DNA from: Fibrobacterota bacterium
Lineage (GTDB): Bacteria > Fibrobacterota > Fibrobacteria > UBA11236
DNA: 17,124 nt
Assembly (NCBI GenBank): GCA_043753995.1
Contig: JAYUVP010000055.1
Location: 1 to 17,124, forward strand
Reading direction: 5' to 3'
The notes under the pieces are model-generated. The model saw only the letters and a list, made by a program, of their open reading frames with translations, was not told the DNA's origin and searched no databases. The position numbers were made by a program, and so were the translations under genes. Positions 1-7,785 of this stretch are shown piece by piece. Position 1 is the stretch's first letter. Every line of letters starts with the position of its first letter.

Positions 1-13
1 CCTCACCCTAACG

Positions 14-49
14 GCTCGCGGCGCAGTTGCTATTAACCGCGCCGCGAGC
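14..49. terminator. GC-rich hairpin just downstream of the TIM-barrel gene (possible terminator)
   Basis: GCTCGCGGCGC (14-24) is the perfect reverse complement of GCGCCGCGAGC (39-49). It lies 8 nt past the stop of 58..1092(-). No clear U-tract. Confidence 0.5.
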
Positions 50-57
50 TCAGTACT

Positions 58-1092
58 TTAATTCCAGCCGTGCTTTTCGCGAACCTTGGCCATGGCGCCT
101 AGAATATTATTCCAGGTGCTTGCTTGCTCCATTACCGAATTAGGGAACATGCAGCCGTCCCAGCACATGTGGGAAATTTCGATGTGTTTGCCGGCTTCGT
201 CACGCAGCCAAAAACCCGCATGATAGGGAATATCCAACTTGCCATTCTTGTCGTCAGCCAGACAATGACGTCCGGTTTTATCATGCGATCCTGAACCAAA
301 TACGCTGGCGTCATTTTGCGCGACATGAAAGTCTTTGACCCAAGGACGTAATTTATTGGTTAACTCACGATAGCCGCGATCATAGGGCTCTTTTTCCCAA
401 TTAAAACCTTTGGGAACCAAGGAGTCTTGTTCGGCATTATAGCCCAACATGAAAAGCAAGGTATGCGCCATGTCCGCTTGGATGCCCACGGTCTTGGGAA
501 GGTTGATTCCTTCCAGCAATTCCAGCAGGGATTTCCAGCCATGCATGCCGCCCCAGCAAATTTCGCCTTCAAGCGCCAATTTCTCGCCGTATTCGTCGGC
601 GATTTTGGCGGCTTCGCGGATGGTTTCGATGTTTTTCTTTTGGTTGCCGATGGGATCACTGGCGAAGTTCGCCGGGCTATTGGCCGTGTCGATGCGTATC
701 GATCCGTATTTACGAATTCCGATATCGCGAAGTTTTTTTCCGATGCGGCAAGATTTCTTGACGGCTTCTAAATAATTCTTCCGATCTTCTAAGGAACCAA
801 AGGCGCCTCCGCCTCCCCAAACCGGTGCGACCAAGGAACCGATAGCGAGATTTTTGGATGCGAATTTATCGGACAACTTTTTCAAATCGTCATCACTGGA
901 ATCAATATCGACATGGGGGAGAGAAAGAAATAAATCCATGCCGTCGAATTTGACGCCATTCACCTCCGCCTTGGCGGTTAATTCGATCATGTGATCTTGG
1001 GAAATGACGGGATCGGCTCCCGGCTCCTTGCCGCCTTTGCCGACCAAACCGGGCCACGCCGCATTGTGAAGTTTGGGAAATGCATTTGCCAT
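58..1092 (-). CDS. Sugar phosphate isomerase/epimerase family protein (xylose-isomerase-like TIM barrel)
   Basis: 344 aa from ATG 1092 (MANAFPKLHNAAWPG). Motifs LALEGEICWGGMH, QADMAH, DFHVAQND and CWDGCMF give the E...D-x-x-H...H...D/E metal-binding pattern of AP-endonuclease-2/xylose isomerase TIM barrels. Confidence 0.85.
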   Translation of the reverse strand: MANAFPKLHNAAWPGLVGKGGKEPGADPVISQDHMIELTAKAEVNGVKFDGMDLFLSLPHVDIDSSDDDLKKLSDKFASKNLAIGSLVAPVWGGGGAFGSLEDRKNYLEAVKKSCRIGKKLRDIGIRKYGSIRIDTANSPANFASDPIGNQKKNIETIREAAKIADEYGEKLALEGEICWGGMHGWKSLLELLEGINLPKTVGIQADMAHTLLFMLGYNAEQDSLVPKGFNWEKEPYDRGYRELTNKLRPWVKDFHVAQNDASVFGSGSHDKTGRHCLADDKNGKLDIPYHAGFWLRDEAGKHIEISHMCWDGCMFPNSVMEQASTWNNILGAMAKVREKHGWN

Positions 1093-1229
1093 AAAAAGTC
1101 CCGATGTTTGAGGAAAACGTAGCCCGCGCGCTCCTAATTGAGCCGCCAATAAGGTCGTTAAATGTTATAAGAGAGGCTTGCTGCGTTCTAAAATTCTTTC
1201 GGCATCATTAGGTAGGTCTTGCCAGGGTA

Positions 1230-1401
1230 GGGGGGAGGGGCTTGGCGGTTCTGTGCTGGTTTGATCTCGACCTGTCTGACGTTGGGAAGTGAATGGCGCT
1301 CCTAGTCCTCGCTCGTTTCCCTCGCTGCGGAAGTCGCGCCCTTCACTTCCCAACCGCCAGGTCTCCATCGTCAAGCGTAGGTCGTGCGCGCCCCTCCCCC
1401 C
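1230..1401. repeat. Long imperfect palindrome (MITE/REP-like or structured RNA)
   Basis: GGGGGGAGGGGC 1230-1241 pairs with 1390-1401; GACCTG 1269-1274 with 1358-1363; GTTGGGAAGTGAA 1281-1293 with 1342-1354; GGCGC 1295-1299 with 1336-1340. Confidence 0.75.
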
Positions 1402-1553
1402 GCCTCGGCCCGACTTACTCTGCCCGCTGCGCTGGGTTGGGTCGGCCTCGGCGTCCCCACCCCTACTGGGGCCAGGCCCCCGTAACGCCCCCGTGACTCA
1501 AGCGGAAACAGGCGGTTGGGCTTGCCTTTGATATCGTCCGTGGGGGGATGGGT

Positions 1554-2403
1554 ATGTTGGTTTTAAGAAAAATGACTGGGTTTCTTTCGGTCCTAATGAT
1601 TTTCGTCAGTCTTGGCCTAGGCATAGCTTTGGTGCAACAGGAAATACCGCTTTGGCCGGGTGGTGCGGCCGTCGTCATCTTTCCGAGTGGTGCCTATGTC
1701 GCTTGACTTTCGACAAGGAAGGCGCCTTGGTGGCCCAATGGCTACAAGGGCAAGGCATATCCGGCTTTGCGGTGCGTTATCGTTATAGTCCCTATCGACA
1801 TCCTGTGGAAATGTGGGATGCTCAGCGCGCTATTCGGTGGGTGCGAGCCAATGCGGCTAACTATGGCATCGATACGGCCCGTGTCGGTGTGCTCGGTTTT
1901 TCCGCTGGCGGGCATTTTACTGCGACTGTTTCAACGCATTAGGATAATGGCAAACCTGGCGCCGACGACTCCATCGAAAGGCATGGTTGCCGCCCGGCCT
2001 TTTCAATACTCGGATATCCTGTCATAACCATGCAGTCGGCTTTTACCCATGGGCAATCCCGGGACGCTTTGCTCGGTACCAATCCCGCCCCGAGCGTGGC
2101 TCTATTGGATTCCATGTCCAATGAAAGGCAGGTGACGGCCAATTCTCCTCCAGCCTTTCTTTTCCATTCCACCGATGATGGACTGGTGCCCATTCGCAAT
2201 CCTCAGTCTTATTATGACTCGTGCCTGAATCGAGTGTGAAATGGTTGGGCCAATTGGGCTTTCTCACGGCAAAGCCAACGTCGATGAATGCATCAAAAAG
2301 AAAGGTCGGTGCACGTCAAGACACCGAGATTCGTGATCCCCTGCTCTATTAGCAAATGCTCATTGGTGGCGGATCGGATGCTCTGGGTCGTCGAGGGGGT
2401 TAA
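1554..2403 (+). pseudogene. Decayed secreted alpha/beta hydrolase (xylan/pectin acetylesterase-like, BD-FAE type)
   Basis: Signal peptide plus QEIPLWPGGAAVVIFPSGAY (1554-1706), then a frameshift at about 1700 into LTFDKEG...DAQRAIRWVRANA...GFSAGGH. In-frame TAG at 1940-1942, then CRPAFSILGYPVITM...PPAFLFHSTDDGLVP, TGA at 2237-2239, and a KWLGQLGFL...DALGR tail in another frame. The catalytic-His segment is missing. Confidence 0.85.
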
Positions 2404-2515
2404 CTGTAAAAATATCGTCCAAAAGGCCTAAAAAAAGGCCTAAAATTCGAATTATCGGCTTGCGGAGATAGACCTACCTTTGGACAGCGCCGACCCTTAT
2501 AAACCGAGGAAATCT

Positions 2516-4618
2516 ATGAGAGCATGCTCTTCGGTACTTCTGGTCCTCCTACCGCTTTTCGCATCCGCCTTACCTCCCCTTCAATGGCAATGGCTGAATC
2601 CTCAGCCCACGGGCAATCATTGGGCCCATGTCTTTGCTGAATCTTCGCAGCGCGGCATAGCCGTGGCGGAAAATGGTGAAGTCGCCGAAACCTTGGATGC
2701 CGGCGTGACTTGGGGCATGATTGGCTCCGGGAATCCCGAAATGTTGATCTCCGCGGCTTCCACCTTGGATGGGCGAAAACTATTTGGGTCGGGTACGGGC
2801 GGTCGCATTTGGAAAAGCGATGACGCGGGAAAAAATTGGCGTAGCCGCAAATTGGGTTTACGCACCTATTACGGAGTCTGCCAATTCAGCTCGGAAATAG
2901 CCCTCGTGGCCGGCGAGGGCTCCTCCATTTTACGTACACGTGACGGAGGAGAAAGCTGGCGAAGCGTGCATGAAGACTCCCTGGGGCAAGACTTACTTGC
3001 CATTCACTGCGAAGAGGGCGGGCTCGCCATTGCCGTGGGCTTTGACGGCGCCATGGTGAAAAGCGTGGATAGCGGAAGGTCATGGCGACCCCTCCCTGCG
3101 GCGACCGAGGCCATTTTGGGCGCGGTCGCATTTATCGATTCGCTACGGGGCTATGCGACCGGATCCGGTGGCACCGTTCTGAAGACGCAGGATGGTGGCC
3201 TTCATTGGACAAGCCAGATTGTGGATTCCAACTCGGTATTTTTTCGAGGCCTAGGGGTGAGCGAATCCGAACTTGTGATTTCCGGATCGGAAGGGGAAAT
3301 TTGGCAATCCCTAGATACGGCAAGAACTTGGCAGCGACTACCCAGCGGCACCCCTTATTTTCTGGGATCGCTGGCGCGTTTCGGATCGGAAGGGCGCATT
3401 GCCGTGGGGAATAATGGCGCCATCTTGCAGTCGGGCGATAAGGGAAAAAGTTGGATCAATCGGCGCCAAGGACCGGACAATGTTGTGATAGGTATAACAG
3501 CTTTGTCTTCTTTGACATGGATGGCCTTCGGCATGAATGGGTTAGTCATCCGCACAAACGATGCCGGGGCCACCTGGAGCGAATTAAAGACCCAGGTGGA
3601 TTATGGCTGGCTTGCCGCAGGTTTTTGGAAAGAGCGGATAGGCCTTTTGGCCGGTTATGGCGGTACCTTGATGCGAACCGAGGATGGCGGAGAAAGCTGG
3701 GAAAGCGTGAACTCAGGCTTGCAACAACCTTGGTTGGATGGCGTCGCCTGGGCGGATTCCCTGACTGCGATCGTCGTGGGGGATTCAGGCAGGCTTTTGC
3801 GATCGACGAATTGTGGAAAATCCTTTGAATCCTTAACCGTGACGGGATTGAAGGATCAAACCTTGAGCGCCATTCAATTCTTGACCCCTGAGGTTGGTAT
3901 TGTGATCGGCTATCAAGGCCTGATTTTAAAAACCGAAAACGGTGGACGCGATTGGAAAGCCATTCCTTCTCCGACACAGCGAGACCTCTTCGCTTTGTCT
4001 TTTTCGAATGCCTTAGATGGCATCGCCGTAGGCCATGGTGACACCGTGATTTTCACGCATGATGGCGGCAATACCTGGGAGGCTTTTTCCACGGGATCCC
4101 ACGAGGATTATCTATACGGCGTCGCCCTTCTAGGCGCGGATACGGCCATCGCGGTGGGCGAATGGCTTCACTATGCCGTCACGCGCATCACCACCGATGG
4201 CGGCGCGACCTGGAGCGAAATACCCAATGCCACCTTTCAAGCTCTCAATGGTATTGTGCGCGTGCAGCCTGGCAGGGTGGTTGCCTTGGGTGCCGGCGGG
4301 GCCGTGCTTTCCGCCTTTGTGGGCGGCGGCCAGTCGATTCCGCCTATTCCTCAGGTCGCCGATTCAGGCGAAGGCGATTTTCAGGTGAGACGCCTTTCCG
4401 GATCCCCTTTCGTGCAATTCAAATTCACCTTGCCATTTTCGGGGGCTATTCAAATCACGGCATTTTCCATGACCGGAAAAACAGCAAGCACGCGGCATAC
4501 CGGAAATTTGCCGGCGGGATCGCATCGCCTGACCGGCACCTCCGCCGGTCCCAATGGTATTTATCGATTGACGTTGACGGGCGCAGAAAAAACACCGCGG
4601 GTTTGGTATTCGCGTTAA
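2516..4618 (+). CDS. Secreted BNR/Asp-box repeat beta-propeller protein (YCF48-like) with C-terminal Ig-like/sorting domain
   Basis: ATG 2516 with GAGGA RBS at 2506-2510, followed by a signal peptide. About 14 (S/T)xDxGxxW-type Asp-boxes (e.g. TRDGGESW, TQDGGLHW, TEDGGESW, TTDGGATW). C-terminal ~90 aa FTLP...ITAFSMTGK...LPAGSHRL...GIYRLTL. Confidence 0.85.
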   Translation: MRACSSVLLVLLPLFASALPPLQWQWLNPQPTGNHWAHVFAESSQRGIAVAENGEVAETLDAGVTWGMIGSGNPEMLISAASTLDGRKLFGSGTGGRIWKSDDAGKNWRSRKLGLRTYYGVCQFSSEIALVAGEGSSILRTRDGGESWRSVHEDSLGQDLLAIHCEEGGLAIAVGFDGAMVKSVDSGRSWRPLPAATEAILGAVAFIDSLRGYATGSGGTVLKTQDGGLHWTSQIVDSNSVFFRGLGVSESELVISGSEGEIWQSLDTARTWQRLPSGTPYFLGSLARFGSEGRIAVGNNGAILQSGDKGKSWINRRQGPDNVVIGITALSSLTWMAFGMNGLVIRTNDAGATWSELKTQVDYGWLAAGFWKERIGLLAGYGGTLMRTEDGGESWESVNSGLQQPWLDGVAWADSLTAIVVGDSGRLLRSTNCGKSFESLTVTGLKDQTLSAIQFLTPEVGIVIGYQGLILKTENGGRDWKAIPSPTQRDLFALSFSNALDGIAVGHGDTVIFTHDGGNTWEAFSTGSHEDYLYGVALLGADTAIAVGEWLHYAVTRITTDGGATWSEIPNATFQALNGIVRVQPGRVVALGAGGAVLSAFVGGGQSIPPIPQVADSGEGDFQVRRLSGSPFVQFKFTLPFSGAIQITAFSMTGKTASTRHTGNLPAGSHRLTGTSAGPNGIYRLTLTGAEKTPRVWYSR

Positions 4619-4690
4619 TGGAAATCGGCGTTCATTTCAACCGCGGGATGAAAGTTATTTTAGGCTTCACCCCTTTTCTGGAGAGTAACC

Positions 4691-5128
4691 ATGCGTCGAT
4701 TGGCTTCATTATTTAGCCTGAGTCTATTTTTGGCCGCGCCCTTGCTTGCTCGTGACAGCAAGCTCATGATTTCCATCAAGGACGCCATGAGCACCAAGCA
4801 ATACCAGGATCAAATGAAGGGCTCCAAGGTTCAATTCTTTTTCGGCAAAGACCCAGGCCCGCAAGGGGACAGCTTGGGAATGACGGTGGCCAATCGCAAG
4901 ACCAATGCTTTTAACAAATCAGATGTCGAAGCCTGCCAATGGGTTTTTCTGTCTTGCATGACCGCCTTGCGAGCCAAGGCGGAACAGGAAGGCGCTGACG
5001 CGGTGGTGGATATCGAGAGTTATTACAAAAAGCAAAGTGTTGTCAGTGATTCGGCCTTCGAGTGCCACGCCGGCACCATGGCTTCGGGGGTGGCCCTGCG
5101 AGGGACCCTAGTCAAGTCCAAGAAATAA
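4691..5128 (+). CDS. Small secreted protein of the family often mislabelled 'excinuclease ATPase subunit' (YbjQ/RcsF-like fold)
   Basis: GGAG RBS and a signal peptide ending LLA-RD. Signature ANRKTNAFNKSDVEACQWVFLS...GADAVVDIESYYK...FECHAG. No Walker motifs. Confidence 0.75.
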   Translation: MRRLASLFSLSLFLAAPLLARDSKLMISIKDAMSTKQYQDQMKGSKVQFFFGKDPGPQGDSLGMTVANRKTNAFNKSDVEACQWVFLSCMTALRAKAEQEGADAVVDIESYYKKQSVVSDSAFECHAGTMASGVALRGTLVKSKK

Positions 5129-5133
5129 ATCTC

Positions 5134-5230
5134 GGCCTAAATGCAGGCCACCTGGCTGCGTTGCTCGTCGCTTGCATACTCCCGGTATGCGGCGCTCCTC
5201 GCGCCTTGCCATGTGGGCTGCATTTAGGCC
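5134..5230. repeat. 97-bp palindromic intergenic element (BoxC/REP-like)
   Basis: Terminal arms GGCCTAAATGCAG / CTGCATTTAGGCC are perfect over 13 bp, with a further 8/10 pairing. Asymmetric TGCGTTGCTCGTCGCTT / GGCGCTCCTCGCGCCTT flanks surround a central GCATAC-N5-GTATGC hairpin (5174-5190). Confidence 0.8.
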
Positions 5231-5272
5231 TCCGTTTGATTGCGCCGGAGCCCCCTAATTTCGAATGAGATT

Positions 5273-5456
5273 CAGGGGAGGCTTGGCCTCCCCTGCCCTC
5301 AGCCCGCGATGCTCTGGAGCACGGTCGGCATCGGGCTCCCCACCGGGTACTTTCGTTTCACGGCTTAGCCCCACTCCTCGCCGGAGGGGAGGGCGAGGCC
5401 GACATGGCTCCGCAGCGAAGCGGGCCGAGACCGGGGGAGGCAGAGCCTCCCCCGGT
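5273..5456. repeat. Structured element bounded by twin GGGGAGGC-N3-GCCTCCCC hairpins
   Basis: CAGGGGAGGC-TTG-GCCTCCCCTG (5273-5295) and ACCGGGGGAGGC-AGA-GCCTCCCCCGGT (5430-5456). Internal stem AGCCCG..ATGC / GCATCGGGCT (5301-5337). Confidence 0.7.
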
Positions 5457-5504
5457 GTATCTTCGTGATTAGGCCTCGCCTCGCTATCTACCTTTGCCGT
5501 GCCT

Positions 5505-6422
5505 ATGGGCTTTTTCAATAAAATCGTGCAGGGGCTCACCAAGACCCGCGACAGCGTTTTGCGCGAAATCAAGGGCGCTTTCGGCAAGGGCAAGCTCACC
5601 GAAGAGGCCATCGAAAATCTCGAAGAGAAATTATTGGCTGCCGATATCGGCTATGAAACGGCCCATCTCATTCTCGAAGGCGTGCGTAAAAAAGCGCGTG
5701 GGCTCGAAATCGACAATCGTCAATTGCTGCAATTCATGGCTGAAGTCACGCGCGAAATATTGCCGGATATCGCTCCCATGCAAATTACGGCTAAGCCGCA
5801 TGTGATTCTCATGATTGGCGTCAATGGCGCGGGCAAAACCACCACCATTGCCAAGCTCGCGCATTATCATCAGCAACAAGGCCGCAAGGTGATGGTCGCG
5901 GCGGGGGACACCTTTCGCGCCGGGGCCATAGCGCAGCTCGAAGTTTGGGCCCAACGCGCCGGAGTGGATATCGTGAAGCATCAGGACGGTGCCGATTCTG
6001 CGGCGGTGGCCTATGATGCCTATGCGGCCGCCAAGTCGCGTGGCCATGACGTTTTGCTTATCGACACCGCTGGGCGTTTGCATACCAAGGACAACTTGAT
6101 GGAGGAATTGCGCAAAATCCTCCGAGTGCTCAAAAAGCATGGGGAAGACGTGCCGCAAGAAACCTTACTGGTTCTTGACGGCAATACCGGACAAAATGCC
6201 ATTGCTCAAGGTCAGGGTTTTTCGGCGGCGGCCCGCATTGATGGTTTGGTGGTAACCAAGCTCGATGGTACGGCCAAGGGCGGCGCTTTAATTCCCTTGT
6301 CGCGTGCCTTTAAAATCCCCGTGCGCTGGGTGGGCGTGGGCGAAAGCCTCGAAGATTTGATTCCGTTTACCCGGGATGAATATGTTCGCGGCCTTTTTTT
6401 GGGGGAAGACGATTCTCCCTAG
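5505..6422 (+). CDS. ftsY: Signal recognition particle receptor FtsY (NG-domain-only form)
   Basis: MGFFNKIVQGLTKTR N-terminus; motifs GVNGAGKTTTIAKLA, DTFRAGA, DTAGR, TKLDGTAKGG and GVGESLEDL. Confidence 0.97.
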   Translation: MGFFNKIVQGLTKTRDSVLREIKGAFGKGKLTEEAIENLEEKLLAADIGYETAHLILEGVRKKARGLEIDNRQLLQFMAEVTREILPDIAPMQITAKPHVILMIGVNGAGKTTTIAKLAHYHQQQGRKVMVAAGDTFRAGAIAQLEVWAQRAGVDIVKHQDGADSAAVAYDAYAAAKSRGHDVLLIDTAGRLHTKDNLMEELRKILRVLKKHGEDVPQETLLVLDGNTGQNAIAQGQGFSAAARIDGLVVTKLDGTAKGGALIPLSRAFKIPVRWVGVGESLEDLIPFTRDEYVRGLFLGEDDSP

Positions 6423-6554
6423 GGGACTTTCCTGAACCGGGTGGGACAATGTCAGGGTTGTGTCATCGCTAAGTAAAACCATCGCATTCCGCTTGGCCAC
6501 AGTACCTTGAGATTCAAGGGCTTAGTACCTTCAGATTTGAGGGAGAGAATCGGA

Positions 6555-6583
6555 TTGACAGCCAGGATCCACCGCTATACTAT
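6555..6583 (+). promoter_or_regulatory. Sigma70-type promoter for the lipoprotein-trxA operon
   Basis: Perfect TTGACA at 6555-6560, with TATACT 6576-6581 (15-nt spacer) or TACTAT 6578-6583 (17-nt spacer). Confidence 0.65.
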
Positions 6584-6587
6584 ACCC

Positions 6588-6917
6588 GTGGTCTTCGGGT
6601 ATTTCATTGCGGTGCTCTTTGCGCTTTCCGCGTGCCAGAAGGGCAATTGGGGAGGGGAACAGGTACAGGAATCCGGCTTTGTAGATTTGGTGGCACAGCT
6701 TAAACTGGCCACCGCGCGTTGTGGAGACGACCTCGAAAAAGCCAATGAGGCAAGAAGGGTTCTCCTCAAGCAACATGCCGTCACTCCAGAAACCTATCAC
6801 CAGCACCTCGCCTTTTTGACGGACCACCCTTCTGAATGGAAGTCCTTTCAGGAAAAATTGGTCGAGAGGCTCAAGTTCTACCAACAAAAAGCCAAAGGAG
6901 ACCTCAATGGCCAATGA
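6588..6917 (+). CDS. Small helical lipoprotein (DUF4296-like, tentative); start uncertain (GTG 6588 vs TTG 6507)
   Basis: Hydrophobic stretch plus lipobox LSA-C, then helical ...VLLKQHAVTPETYHQHLAFLTDHPSEWKSFQEKLVERL. The end overlaps the trxA start. Confidence 0.6.
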   Translation: MVFGYFIAVLFALSACQKGNWGGEQVQESGFVDLVAQLKLATARCGDDLEKANEARRVLLKQHAVTPETYHQHLAFLTDHPSEWKSFQEKLVERLKFYQQKAKGDLNGQ

Positions 6918-7239
6918 ACTCGTCACCCAGTTGACTAACGACAATTTCGATACCGAGGTCGGCAAATTTGCCGGCACGGTTCTCGTCGACTTTTGGGCAC
7001 CCTGGTGCGGCCCTTGCCGCATGGTCGCTCCTATTATCGAGGAGCTGGCCAAGGAATATCAGGGCAAGGCGAAAATCGCCAAGCTCAATACCGATGAAGC
7101 AGCCGACATTGCCGGCCGCTATGGCATTCGCAGCATTCCCACCATGCTTTTCTTCAAGAATGGCCAGGTGGTGCAGCAACTTGTCGGCGCCTACCCTAAA
7201 ACCAAAATCGTGGAGAAGCTGCAAAGCGCCATCGCTTGA
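6907..7239 (+). CDS. trxA: Thioredoxin
   Basis: 110 aa with VDFWAPWCGPC and YGIRSIPTMLFFKNG. GGAG RBS at 6897-6900. Confidence 0.97.
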   Translation: MANELVTQLTNDNFDTEVGKFAGTVLVDFWAPWCGPCRMVAPIIEELAKEYQGKAKIAKLNTDEAADIAGRYGIRSIPTMLFFKNGQVVQQLVGAYPKTKIVEKLQSAIA

Positions 7240-7254
7240 GCTAAACCCATCGCC

Positions 7255-7785
7255 ATGACTTCCCTGCCTGCCCTGTTTTTATCTGCCTCCCTGGCTCTAA
7301 GCCTGGGGGTGAACCTTGCGTCCGCCGATAATAAGGCCAAGGTTCAGGGCACGGATGCTAGCGAGGTGCGATGGCAGGAATTCGATCAGGGCATCAAAGA
7401 CGCGGCGCGCCGCGGTAAATACACCTTCGTCGACCTTTATACGGATTGGTGCGGCTATTGCCACAAGATGGACGCCACCACCTTTCGCAATAAAGCCGTC
7501 ATTGCCAGCCTCGACAAGGATTTTGTCAGTATCAAATTCAATGCGGAAGCCGAAAACCAAGTCACCTGGAAGGGTGCCAAGCTGACTCAGTCGGCCCTGG
7601 CCCAACAATGGGGCGTCGAGGGCTTTCCCACCTTGCTTTTTCTGAATTCGAAGGGTGACATCATCGGCAACTTCTCTTCCTATGCGGATCCGAAATTGAT
7701 GATGCACTTGCTGGGCTATATCTCGTCGGGATCCCGCGAAAAAGGCGTCAGCTTCGATGATTATCTCAAAAAGGGAGCGTCTTAA
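7255..7785 (+). CDS. Exported thioredoxin-fold protein (DUF255/SoxW-like)
   Basis: Signal peptide (ASA-D); VDLYTDWCGYCHKMD CxxC motif; WGVEGFPTLLFL cis-Pro loop. Confidence 0.85.
   Translation: MTSLPALFLSASLALSLGVNLASADNKAKVQGTDASEVRWQEFDQGIKDAARRGKYTFVDLYTDWCGYCHKMDATTFRNKAVIASLDKDFVSIKFNAEAENQVTWKGAKLTQSALAQQWGVEGFPTLLFLNSKGDIIGNFSSYADPKLMMHLLGYISSGSREKGVSFDDYLKKGAS

Noticed and set aside
1165..1678. Short Pro/Arg-rich ORFs in the first intergenic region (and likewise 5062..5611)
   Set aside because: Low-complexity products of GC-rich palindromic DNA, with no RBS or recognisable motifs.
1940..2352. Two in-frame TAG codons in the esterase as evidence of amber recoding or pyrrolysine
   Set aside because: The gene also has a frameshift and deletions, and ftsY and paralog 4 end normally at TAG. 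Ordinary decay explains it.
2421..2445. AAAAGGCCTAAA tandem duplication upstream of the propeller gene
   Set aside because: Short, low-complexity slippage-type repeat with no further support for function.
2516..4618. Photosystem II assembly function for the YCF48-like protein
   Set aside because: Asp-box propellers are widespread in non-phototrophs, and the window has no photosynthesis context.
5231..5500. SRP RNA (ffs) upstream of ftsY
   Set aside because: No CAGG...GNRA...AGCAG domain IV motif was found on either strand.
6501..6543. Mini CRISPR array
   Set aside because: Only two 20-bp units with a 3-bp spacer, and no cas genes.
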